Shown here: in pieces, positions 56,624-64,000 of the stretch
Layout: every line of letters starts with the position of its first letter
How positions within the stretch are numbered: the first letter of the stretch is position 1
Virus record (IMG/VR): IMGVR_UViG_3300036945_000802
Source of the DNA: an uncultured virus (IMG/VR IMGVR_UViG_3300036945_000802)
Taxonomy: Duplodnaviria > Heunggongvirae > Uroviricota > Caudoviricetes
Direction: 5' to 3' (one strand)
Length of the DNA stretch: 64,000 nt
Position numbers and translations under genes: made by a program
The notes under the pieces: generated by a model
What the model saw: only the letters and a program-made list of their open reading frames with translations
The model's database searches: none
Told to the model about the DNA's origin: nothing

Positions 56624-57397
56624 ATGTTCGGTCAATACTTCTATAATCAACACCTTCGCAAGAGCGTTGCCATTTTCGGTACGCTCTTCAACAATATTAG
56701 TATCGTTAAACGTGATTCTAATGATACTCTATTGAGTAGCCAAAAAGTACCGCTTGCTTATGGACCTAAATCAAAATTCTTAGCACGTCTACGTGAAGAA
56801 CCAGATTTATTAGCACCTGAGGTTGCTATTCGTTTGCCACGCATGTCATTTGAAATTACATCTGTTTCATATGATACTGCTGCTAAGGTAAATAAGAATA
56901 TCAAATTACAAACTCCATCTCCAAGAGGATTGAGTTCAATTTATACTGGTGCTCCTTATGTTTTAGGAATGCAATTAAATATCATTGGTAAAACACAAGA
57001 TGAAGTATTACAAATCACAGAACAAATTTTACCATATTTTAATCCAGAATATATTGTAACAGTTAGAGAAATACCTGAGATTAATTTGGTTCGTGATATT
57101 CCTATTGTACTTCAATCTGTTACAATGTCAGATGATTATGAAGGCGAATTCGAAACACGTCGCACATTAATCTATACACTAGATTTTACAATGAAGATTC
57201 AATTCTTTGGTCCTGTTCAGAAAGACGTCGGGATTATTAAAGACGCTACAGTTAATACACGTGATATTGATAGCAGAAAGAAAACTTCTACCGTTAACGT
57301 ACAAGTTAGTCCATTTGCTGCAAATAAAGATGATGATTATCAAATCATCCAAACAAACATTCAATATGATAATGATTTTGGATTTAGTGAAGAGTGA
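56624..57397 (+). CDS. gp15: tail sheath stabilizer / terminator (T4 gp15)
   Basis: FY...RK....FGTLFNNI, KVPLAYGP..KFL, LPRMSFE, QI.EQILPYF.P, DDYEG.F..RR. Confidence 0.93.
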   Translation: MFGQYFYNQHLRKSVAIFGTLFNNISIVKRDSNDTLLSSQKVPLAYGPKSKFLARLREEPDLLAPEVAIRLPRMSFEITSVSYDTAAKVNKNIKLQTPSPRGLSSIYTGAPYVLGMQLNIIGKTQDEVLQITEQILPYFNPEYIVTVREIPEINLVRDIPIVLQSVTMSDDYEGEFETRRTLIYTLDFTMKIQFFGPVQKDVGIIKDATVNTRDIDSRKKTSTVNVQVSPFAANKDDDYQIIQTNIQYDNDFGFSEE

Positions 57398-57867
57398 ACA
57401 CCATGAAAAGTATAGATAATACTGTAAGCAAGAAAGAAAAGATAGCAGAAGCCCTTAATAAGAATTTGCCGATATCGGCAGTTACAGAATCTTCGCAACC
57501 GGTCGATGACTTGCAAGTCGACTATGATGTGTCGAGAGAGACATATAAAGAACTTATCACTAAGGGTAATGAAGCTATTGATTTGATGATGGAACTCGCA
57601 AGAGATTCTCAACATCCGCGTGCTTTCGAAGTATTAGCTGGCCTTTTAAAAACGCAAGCCGATAATACTGATAAATTAGCTGACCTTCAAAAGAAGGTGC
57701 AGAACCTTCGTGCAGGTCCGAAGGGAAAAAATCAGTCTTCGTCTCCTGAAAAAATTACAAATAATAATGTGTTTGTAGGATCAACAACTGACCTACAACG
57801 TTTTATTCTCTCACAACAGAATAAGAGCAATGTGATCGATGTCAACAGCAACCCACCTAACGAATAA
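57394..57867 (+). CDS. gp16: terminase small subunit (T4 gp16)
   Basis: DY..SR, HPRAFEV, NNNVFVGSTTDLQ; start is GTG 57394 or ATG 57403. Confidence 0.9.
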   Translation: MNTMKSIDNTVSKKEKIAEALNKNLPISAVTESSQPVDDLQVDYDVSRETYKELITKGNEAIDLMMELARDSQHPRAFEVLAGLLKTQADNTDKLADLQKKVQNLRAGPKGKNQSSSPEKITNNNVFVGSTTDLQRFILSQQNKSNVIDVNSNPPNE

Positions 57868-59488
57868 CGAATTCGGTTACCTTGGTAACCCGCTTGTTAA
57901 ACGCGACGGTGTCGAGCAAACCTTTTCCCAAGAAGAACTATCTGAATACATTAAGTGTATGAATGATCCTGCGTACTTCGCAACGAAGTACATTAAGATC
58001 ATTAACTTAGATAGAGGTTTAGTGCCGTTTGATTTATACCCATATCAGGGTAAAATGTTCGATCACTTCAATAGTAATCGATTCTCAATTGTACTTGCTT
58101 GTCGTCAATCAGGTAAGTCTATCTCTTCTGTCGTATACATTCTTTGGTATGCGATCTTCAAACCAGAACAAACAATTGCCATCTTAGCTAACAAAGGCGC
58201 AACTGCCCAAGAAATGCTAGGACGTGTTACACTTGCACTAGAAAATTTACCATTCTTTTTGCAACCTGGTTGTAAGACACTAAACAAAAAATCCATTGAG
58301 TTCTCAAATAACTCTCGTATTGTTGCAGCTGCAACATCAGGTAACTCAATTCGTGGTATGTCTGTTAACTTACTATTCCTTGACGAATTTGCATTCGTTG
58401 AAAACGATGGTACATTCTATACATCTACATATCCTGTAATTACATCTGGTAAAACAACTCGTGTTATTATCACATCAACGGCAAATGGTTTAGGTAATAC
58501 TTTCCATAAATTATGGGAAGGTGCAGTACAAAGCACTAATGATTTCAAACCATTCCGTGTTGATTGGTATGACGTTCCTGGTCGTGATGAAGAATGGAGA
58601 CGTCAAACAATTGCTAACACATCTGAGTTACAATTCGACCAAGAATTCGGTAATAACTTCCATGGTACAGGCAATACGCTTATTAATGCAAATGCATTAC
58701 TATCATTGAAGTCTAAACAACCGTTGTACTCAATGAATAATGTAAATGTCTATGAAACACCAGTTAAAAGAGATTTGGCCGATGCTGAATCAAAAGATCA
58801 TAATTATATCGTGCTTGTGGATGTCGCTAAAGGTCGCGGTCAAGATTATTCTACGTTCAACATTATAGACATAAGCACAAATCCATTTAGACAAGTTGTA
58901 ACATATAGAGACAACTTAATTTCTCCATTATTGTATCCTGACGTCATTTATAAATATGCTAATCTATACAATAAAGCATTAGTAGTTATTGAAAATAATG
59001 ATGCTGGACAAGTAGTGTGTAATGGATTATTCTATGACTTAGAATATGAAAATGTATACACATCTAATGGCGTTAAAGCAGATGCCATCGGCGTATATAT
59101 GGATAAGAAGACTAAACGCATTGGCTGCTCGCATATTAAAGATTTAGTTGAGCAAAAGAAAATCGATATTGTGGATGCAGAAACTATTGTTGAGATGTCA
59201 ACGTTTGTTTCTAAAGGTCAATCATACGAAGCTATGGTTGGTATGCATGACGATTTAATGATGAACTTAGTAATGTTCGGTTGGTTCGCTGCTACACCTA
59301 TGTTTGCAGAATCAGTCGATACAGGCATGAGAGAATACATTTATGCCCAACAAATGAAACAAATTGAAGATGAAGTATTACCATTTGGATTTAATGATGA
59401 CGGTAGACAAGAAGAAAATCCAACACACGTAGATAACGAGGGACAAATTTGGCGAGAATTTAATTGGCCAGATACATTTAAAGAATGA
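57839..59488 (+). CDS. gp17: terminase large subunit (T4 gp17)
   Basis: YLGNP, Walker A RQSGKS, Walker B FLDEFAF, TSTANG, nuclease DVAKG.GQDYS and HDDL; uninterrupted. Confidence 0.96.
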   Translation: MSTATHLTNNEFGYLGNPLVKRDGVEQTFSQEELSEYIKCMNDPAYFATKYIKIINLDRGLVPFDLYPYQGKMFDHFNSNRFSIVLACRQSGKSISSVVYILWYAIFKPEQTIAILANKGATAQEMLGRVTLALENLPFFLQPGCKTLNKKSIEFSNNSRIVAAATSGNSIRGMSVNLLFLDEFAFVENDGTFYTSTYPVITSGKTTRVIITSTANGLGNTFHKLWEGAVQSTNDFKPFRVDWYDVPGRDEEWRRQTIANTSELQFDQEFGNNFHGTGNTLINANALLSLKSKQPLYSMNNVNVYETPVKRDLADAESKDHNYIVLVDVAKGRGQDYSTFNIIDISTNPFRQVVTYRDNLISPLLYPDVIYKYANLYNKALVVIENNDAGQVVCNGLFYDLEYENVYTSNGVKADAIGVYMDKKTKRIGCSHIKDLVEQKKIDIVDAETIVEMSTFVSKGQSYEAMVGMHDDLMMNLVMFGWFAATPMFAESVDTGMREYIYAQQMKQIEDEVLPFGFNDDGRQEENPTHVDNEGQIWREFNWPDTFKE

Positions 59489-60528
59489 CATTTGCACTAA
59501 TACTATTCTTATCAGCGCTTTTAATTTCATCAGTAGCAGCATATTATTCTGTTGCTGGATTGGTCGCAATCTTCTCAAGCGCAACGCTAGCATCTATTGT
59601 CATGGGCGGTGCATTAGAAGCAGCTAAGTTAGTATCAGCATCATGGTTATATCGTAATTGGAAAGAAGCACCAAGACTTTTAAAATATTATTTCACATTT
59701 GCCGTTATAGTATTATCACTTATAACTTCTATGGGTATTTTTGGTTATTTGTCAAAAGCACATTTAGATCAGTCAGTAGTTATTGGTGGAAGTGCTGATA
59801 AAGTTAGAATGTTAGATGAAAAAATTAAAGTCTCAAAAGAAAATATTGAACAATCGCGCAAAGCTCTTAAACAATTGGATGAGGCAGTGGACCAAACGAT
59901 GGCACGTTCTACATCAGAAGAAGGTGCCGGAAAAGCGACTGCGTTGCGTAGGTCTCAACAAACTGAACGCAAAAGGTTATTATCGGACATCGAAGCCGAA
60001 CAAAAGCGAGTGTCTACTATTAATGAAGAGCGTTTACCATTACAAGCTGAACTCACTAAGATAGAGTCAGAAGTAGGACCAATCAAATACGTTGCTGAAC
60101 TTGTTTATGGTTCTAGTGATGAAAACATGATTGGTAAAGCAGTAAGATTGATGATTATATTAATCATCTTGGTTTTTGATCCATTGGCTATTTTGCTACT
60201 AATAGCTGCTAATATGGAAATGAGGAAAAGCACTCCTTCGAAAAGTGTTGAAGAAGTAGCACCAGAGAAGAAAGAGGAACGAGTCATGGAATGGACAACC
60301 TCTGCACTGACACCTAGGAAACCACGTAAACCTATAAAGCCTAAAAAGCCGACTAGAAGTTTACCAGTTAAACCTAAAAAACCTAGTAAACCAAAGACAG
60401 TGCCTAAAAAGAAACCTGCGCCAAAGACGCCTAAAAAACCGGTACCTAGAAAACGACCAGTTAAGAAGACGACGAATGACGAAGACATTGTGATTAAGAG
60501 AAGCACAGTTTATAGGTTTGATGGCTAG
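59485..60528 (+). CDS. membrane-anchored coiled-coil protein with Lys/Pro-rich tail
   Basis: AAYYSV.GL, LE.AKLV, TSMGIFGYLSKAH, EVGPIKY and VFDPLA motifs, then a PKKP-rich C-terminus. Confidence 0.75.
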   Translation: MTFALILFLSALLISSVAAYYSVAGLVAIFSSATLASIVMGGALEAAKLVSASWLYRNWKEAPRLLKYYFTFAVIVLSLITSMGIFGYLSKAHLDQSVVIGGSADKVRMLDEKIKVSKENIEQSRKALKQLDEAVDQTMARSTSEEGAGKATALRRSQQTERKRLLSDIEAEQKRVSTINEERLPLQAELTKIESEVGPIKYVAELVYGSSDENMIGKAVRLMIILIILVFDPLAILLLIAANMEMRKSTPSKSVEEVAPEKKEERVMEWTTSALTPRKPRKPIKPKKPTRSLPVKPKKPSKPKTVPKKKPAPKTPKKPVPRKRPVKKTTNDEDIVIKRSTVYRFDG

Positions 60529-60540
60529 AAACCCATAACT

Positions 60541-60548
60541 TATAAATA
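60541..60548 (+). promoter_or_regulatory. T4-type late promoter
   Basis: Exact TATAAATA upstream of gp18. Confidence 0.8.
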
Positions 60549-60630
60549 TATGTAAGAAGTGAATAATCCTTATTATGACACATATTATGCTCTCAACAAT
60601 CCATATTAACTAAAATCGAGGTAGAGAAAA

Positions 60631-62313
60631 ATGGCTTTTCAAGTTTCTCCTGGCGTAGCAATACGCGAAATCGATCTGACTAACGTTGTACCAGCAGTCT
60701 CTACTTCAATTGGAGCAGTAGTCTTAGCTGGCACAAAGGGTCCTATCGAGGAGATTGTAACCATTACTTCTGAGAAAGAATTAGTAGATTCATTTGGTGT
60801 TCCAAACGAAGATACAGCAGCTTACTTTTTTAACGCTGCAGCTTTCCTTAAGTACGGTAACAATCTAAAAGTGGTTCGCGCAGCAGGCGCAGCGGCAAAA
60901 AATGCTACTGCAACTGGTGGTGGACTTTTAATTAAAAATCAAGATCACTATGAAACTAACTTCATGGGTGGTGAAGCAACTCAAGGTACTTGGGCTGCTC
61001 GTCACGCTGGTGTTATGGGCAACAGCCTAACAGTTTCTGTTGTAACTAATGCAACTGCTTATGCAGATTGGACAGACTATTCAGGTCTATTCGAAACTGC
61101 ACCAGGTACATCTCCATTTGCCGCTGCTAAAGGCGGTGCTGCAGATGAAATGCACATTGTAGTAGTAGATGCTGATGGTGCCATTACTGGTACTGCTGGT
61201 TCTGTATTAGAAAAATTCGCTTATGTTTCACAAGCACGTGATGCAAAGAAATTTGATGGTACTTCAAACTACTATAAAGAAGTTATCAACGCAACATCTA
61301 AATATATCTGGTGGTTAGATCACGCAGCTGGACTAACTAATGCTGGTTCATTATCAACAGATATGACATTCACAACAGACGATGAAGTATTAGAATACTC
61401 ATTAGCTGGTGGTGTAGATGCTAACACACTGGATGTAGGCGATATTGACACAGGTTATCAAGTATTTAACGATGCTGAAACAATAGACGTTAACTTGCTA
61501 ATCGGTGCTCCAACTCTTGATGGCGAAGATGGTGAAACTCAAGCCGCTAATCTATTAGCGATTGCAGAAAATCGTAACGACGTTATCGCGTTCGTTTCTC
61601 CTCCAATTTCAGCAACTGCTGCATCAACAACGCCTAAGGCGGACGTTCTTGCATTTGCTGACACACTAACAAGCACATCATACGGTTTCTTAGATTCTAC
61701 AGCAGTTAAGATCTATGATAAGTATAATGACGTTTACCGTTGGATCCCAGCGGCTGGCCATATGGCTGGTTTATGTGCTAATACAGATAACGTTGCTGAC
61801 GCATGGTTCTCACCAGGTGGCTTCAATCGTGGTCAACTATTAGGTATCACAAAAGTTGCTTTCAATCCTAAGAAAGCAGAACGTGATGACTTGTACAAGA
61901 AGCGTGTTAACCCAATCGTATCATTCCCTGGCGAAGGTACAATCCTATTTGGTGACAAGACTCTTCAAGCTAAGCCATCAGCATTCGATCGTATTAACGT
62001 ACGTCGCTTGTTTATCGTTTTAGAAAAAGCTATTTCAACTGCTGCTAAATACCAGTTGTTCGAGCTTAACGACGAATTCACTCGTGCTATGTTCCGTAAC
62101 ATGACAGAACCTTTCCTTCGTGAAATTCAAGGTCGTCGTGGTATTACTGACTTTAAGGTTGTTTGTGACGAGACAAATAACACAGGTGAGATTATCGACA
62201 GCAACCAGTTTGTTGCAGATATCTACATCAAGCCAGCACGCTCAATTAACTTTATTACTCTGAACTTCATTGCCACTCGTACTGGTGTTGACTTCTCAGA
62301 AATCGGAGGTTAA
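60631..62313 (+). CDS. gp18: tail sheath protein (T4 gp18)
   Basis: SPGV..REIDLT, WFSPGG.NRG, FGDKT, FDRINVRRLF, FELNDEFTR, IKPARSINFI.LNF. Confidence 0.97.
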   Translation: MAFQVSPGVAIREIDLTNVVPAVSTSIGAVVLAGTKGPIEEIVTITSEKELVDSFGVPNEDTAAYFFNAAAFLKYGNNLKVVRAAGAAAKNATATGGGLLIKNQDHYETNFMGGEATQGTWAARHAGVMGNSLTVSVVTNATAYADWTDYSGLFETAPGTSPFAAAKGGAADEMHIVVVDADGAITGTAGSVLEKFAYVSQARDAKKFDGTSNYYKEVINATSKYIWWLDHAAGLTNAGSLSTDMTFTTDDEVLEYSLAGGVDANTLDVGDIDTGYQVFNDAETIDVNLLIGAPTLDGEDGETQAANLLAIAENRNDVIAFVSPPISATAASTTPKADVLAFADTLTSTSYGFLDSTAVKIYDKYNDVYRWIPAAGHMAGLCANTDNVADAWFSPGGFNRGQLLGITKVAFNPKKAERDDLYKKRVNPIVSFPGEGTILFGDKTLQAKPSAFDRINVRRLFIVLEKAISTAAKYQLFELNDEFTRAMFRNMTEPFLREIQGRRGITDFKVVCDETNNTGEIIDSNQFVADIYIKPARSINFITLNFIATRTGVDFSEIGG

Positions 62314-62315
62314 TC

Positions 62316-62843
62316 ATGGCTATTCTAGGCGTAGATGATTTTAAATCGAAACTAGTTGGTGGTGGTGCACGTCCTAACCTGTTCAAAGCTACTGTTAATT
62401 TTCCAGCTTATGCTGGTGGTGAAGTTGAAATAACTTCATTCTTAATTAAAGCAGCTCAGTTACCAGCATCAACAATCGGTACCGTAAACGTTCCATTCCG
62501 TGGACGCCAGGTATTAATTGCAGGTGATCGTACATTTGAACCATGGACAATCACTATCATTAACGATACTGACTTTAAAGTTCGCAATGCTTTCGAGCGT
62601 TGGATGAACGGCATTAATCAGCACCGTAACAACACAGGTTTAACTAACCCAGTTGATTATCAAGCTGACATGTCAGTAGCTCAACTTGATAAAGCAGGCA
62701 ATGAAGTTAAAGTGTACAACTTCCGTGGTACATTCCCAACTGCAGTGTCTTCAATTGAGTTGTCATATGAATCAACAGACGTAATCGAAGAATTCACAGT
62801 TGAACTACAAGTTCAGTACTGGGAATCTGATACAACGTCTTAA
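62316..62843 (+). CDS. gp19: tail tube protein (T4 gp19)
   Basis: GGARPNLF, AAQLPAS, PFRGR....AGDRTF.PW, IEEFTV. Confidence 0.96.
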   Translation: MAILGVDDFKSKLVGGGARPNLFKATVNFPAYAGGEVEITSFLIKAAQLPASTIGTVNVPFRGRQVLIAGDRTFEPWTITIINDTDFKVRNAFERWMNGINQHRNNTGLTNPVDYQADMSVAQLDKAGNEVKVYNFRGTFPTAVSSIELSYESTDVIEEFTVELQVQYWESDTTS

Positions 62844-62851
62844 TTAGAGTT

Positions 62852-62883
62852 GATAAATAGGAGAGAGGAGAAATTCTCTCTCC
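62852..62883 (+). promoter_or_regulatory. late-promoter-like GATAAATA followed by a GNRA hairpin
   Basis: GATAAATA at 62852-62859; stem GGAGAGAGGA-GAAA-TTCTCTCTCC at 62860-62883 with only a weak U-tract. Confidence 0.5.
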
Positions 62884-62909
62884 ACTTTGTTATTATATAA
62901 AGGCATAAA

Positions 62910-64000
62910 ATGGAATTATTCGGCTTCGAAATATCTCGTAAAAAGCAAGAAGAAGAACAAGCGAAAAAACAATCGTTTGTTGCACCAGATACCGACGACG
63001 GCGCAACCGTTGTAGCGGAAGGTGGTTACTATGGCCAATACGTTGACATCGAAGGCACTAAGGCTAAAGACGATTCGGACTTAATTAAAAAGTACCGTGA
63101 AATCTCACTTTATCCTGAGTGTGACGCTGCTATCACTGACATTGTTAATGAAGCTATTGTAGCTGATGACGATGTACAACCTGTAGACGTTATTACAGAT
63201 GATCTTAAATACAACGATAAGATCAAGAAATTAATTAAAGAAGAGTTTGATGAAGTAATTAAGCTATTAAAGTTTAATGCTAACTCACATGATATTTTCC
63301 GTAAATGGTATGTTGATGGTAGACTATACTATCACATGATCATTGATGAGAAAAATCCTAAAGCTGGTATCATAGAACTACGCCCAATCGATTCTCTTAA
63401 GATTCGTAAAGTTCGTTCTATCATCGAAGATAAAGATCCGAAGACTGGCGCTAAGTTAATCAAAGGATTCAATGAATTCTATGTGTATAACGATAATGCA
63501 GGAAACACAAATAATCCAGGTGGTTTAAATGCTGCTGGTGGTTTACGTAGTGCATCTGGTTTAAAGATCGCTAAAGATTCTATTGTGTATGTGCCATCAG
63601 GTTTAATTGAAAGCACATCCAAGAAAATGCTTTCATATCTTTATAAAGCATTGAAGCCAGTAAATCAATTACGTATGATGGAAGATTCGCTTGTCATCTA
63701 TCGTATGGCTCGTGCACCAGAACGTCGTATTTTCTACATCGACGTAGGTAACCTTCCTAAAGGTAAAGCTGAGTCATATCTTCGTGATATTATGGCTCGC
63801 TATAAAAACAAGATTGTTTACGATGCTACAACTGGCGAGATCAGAGATGATCGTAAACATATGGCTATGTTGGAAGACTTTTGGCTTCCTCGTCGTGAAG
63901 GTGGTAAAGGTACTGAAATCTCTACATTACCTGGCGGCGAAAACCTTGGTCAAATTGAAGATATCATTTATTTCCAAAAGAAATTATATCGTTCATTAAA
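62910..64000 (+). CDS. gp20: portal vertex protein (T4 gp20), runs off the window end
   Basis: MELFGFEI, LIKKYRE...PECD.AI..IVNE, FRKWYVDGR, NQLRMMEDSLVIYR..RAPERRIFYIDVGNLP, EDFWLPRREGGKGTEI.TLPGG.NLG. Not in the ORF track because it has no stop in the window. Confidence 0.96.
   Translation, partial: MELFGFEISRKKQEEEQAKKQSFVAPDTDDGATVVAEGGYYGQYVDIEGTKAKDDSDLIKKYREISLYPECDAAITDIVNEAIVADDDVQPVDVITDDLKYNDKIKKLIKEEFDEVIKLLKFNANSHDIFRKWYVDGRLYYHMIIDEKNPKAGIIELRPIDSLKIRKVRSIIEDKDPKTGAKLIKGFNEFYVYNDNAGNTNNPGGLNAAGGLRSASGLKIAKDSIVYVPSGLIESTSKKMLSYLYKALKPVNQLRMMEDSLVIYRMARAPERRIFYIDVGNLPKGKAESYLRDIMARYKNKIVYDATTGEIRDDRKHMAMLEDFWLPRREGGKGTEISTLPGGENLGQIEDIIYFQKKLYRSL

Noticed and set aside
431..60506. 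Numerous antisense and alternate-frame ORFs in the track (e.g. 431-889, 3325-3855, 12131-12691, 60105-60506)
   Set aside because: They overlap well-supported genes, lack recognisable motifs and are expected shadow ORFs.
63784..63999. 71-aa ORF at the window end
   Set aside because: Out-of-frame shadow inside portal gp20, which starts at 62910.
57839..64000. Introns, inteins or homing endonucleases in terminase, sheath or portal
   Set aside because: The reading frames are continuous and of normal length, with no such motifs seen.
1..64000. tRNA or rRNA genes
   Set aside because: No cloverleaf or T-loop signatures recognised in the few intergenic gaps. Checked by eye only; tRNAscan-SE would be decisive.

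Overview
This window is the virion-morphogenesis region of a large T4-like myovirus read in the standard genetic code. The AT-rich composition and gene order resemble aquatic T4-superfamily phages. It opens with a short early region (1-2976): sigma70/T4-early-like promoters, an AAA+ ATPase, small ORFs and a structured 530-bp non-coding stretch. A leftward block follows with gp4, gp2, gp54-like, gp26, gp51-like, a holin-like gene and a tape-measure-like gene. The long rightward late operon encodes gp48, gp53, the hub, gp5, a GH19 lysin, gp25, gp6, gp7, gp8, a DUF4815-type protein, many fibre/adhesin genes, Dps, gp13-gp19 and the start of portal gp20, with TATAAATA late promoters. Two enzyme cassettes sit inside the tail-fibre region, each directly behind a putative fibre-tip gene and each preceded by a late-promoter-like ATAAATA overlapping that gene's stop codon. 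Cassette 1 is RiPP-like: an 18-Cys Asn-Cys/(Cys-Ala)6-DGGGG protein, a radical SAM/SPASM enzyme, accessory proteins, an AsnB-like PP-loop ATP pyrophosphatase and a cupin. Cassette 2 has a U32 Fe-S/methyltransferase fusion, a flavin-dependent halogenase, 2OG-Fe(II)-type oxygenases and membrane proteins. I infer these may chemically modify virion fibre proteins. A likely programmed -1 frameshift (U_UUU_UUC) joins gp26 to the gp51-like ORF. All family calls come from motif recognition by eye; no database searches were run.
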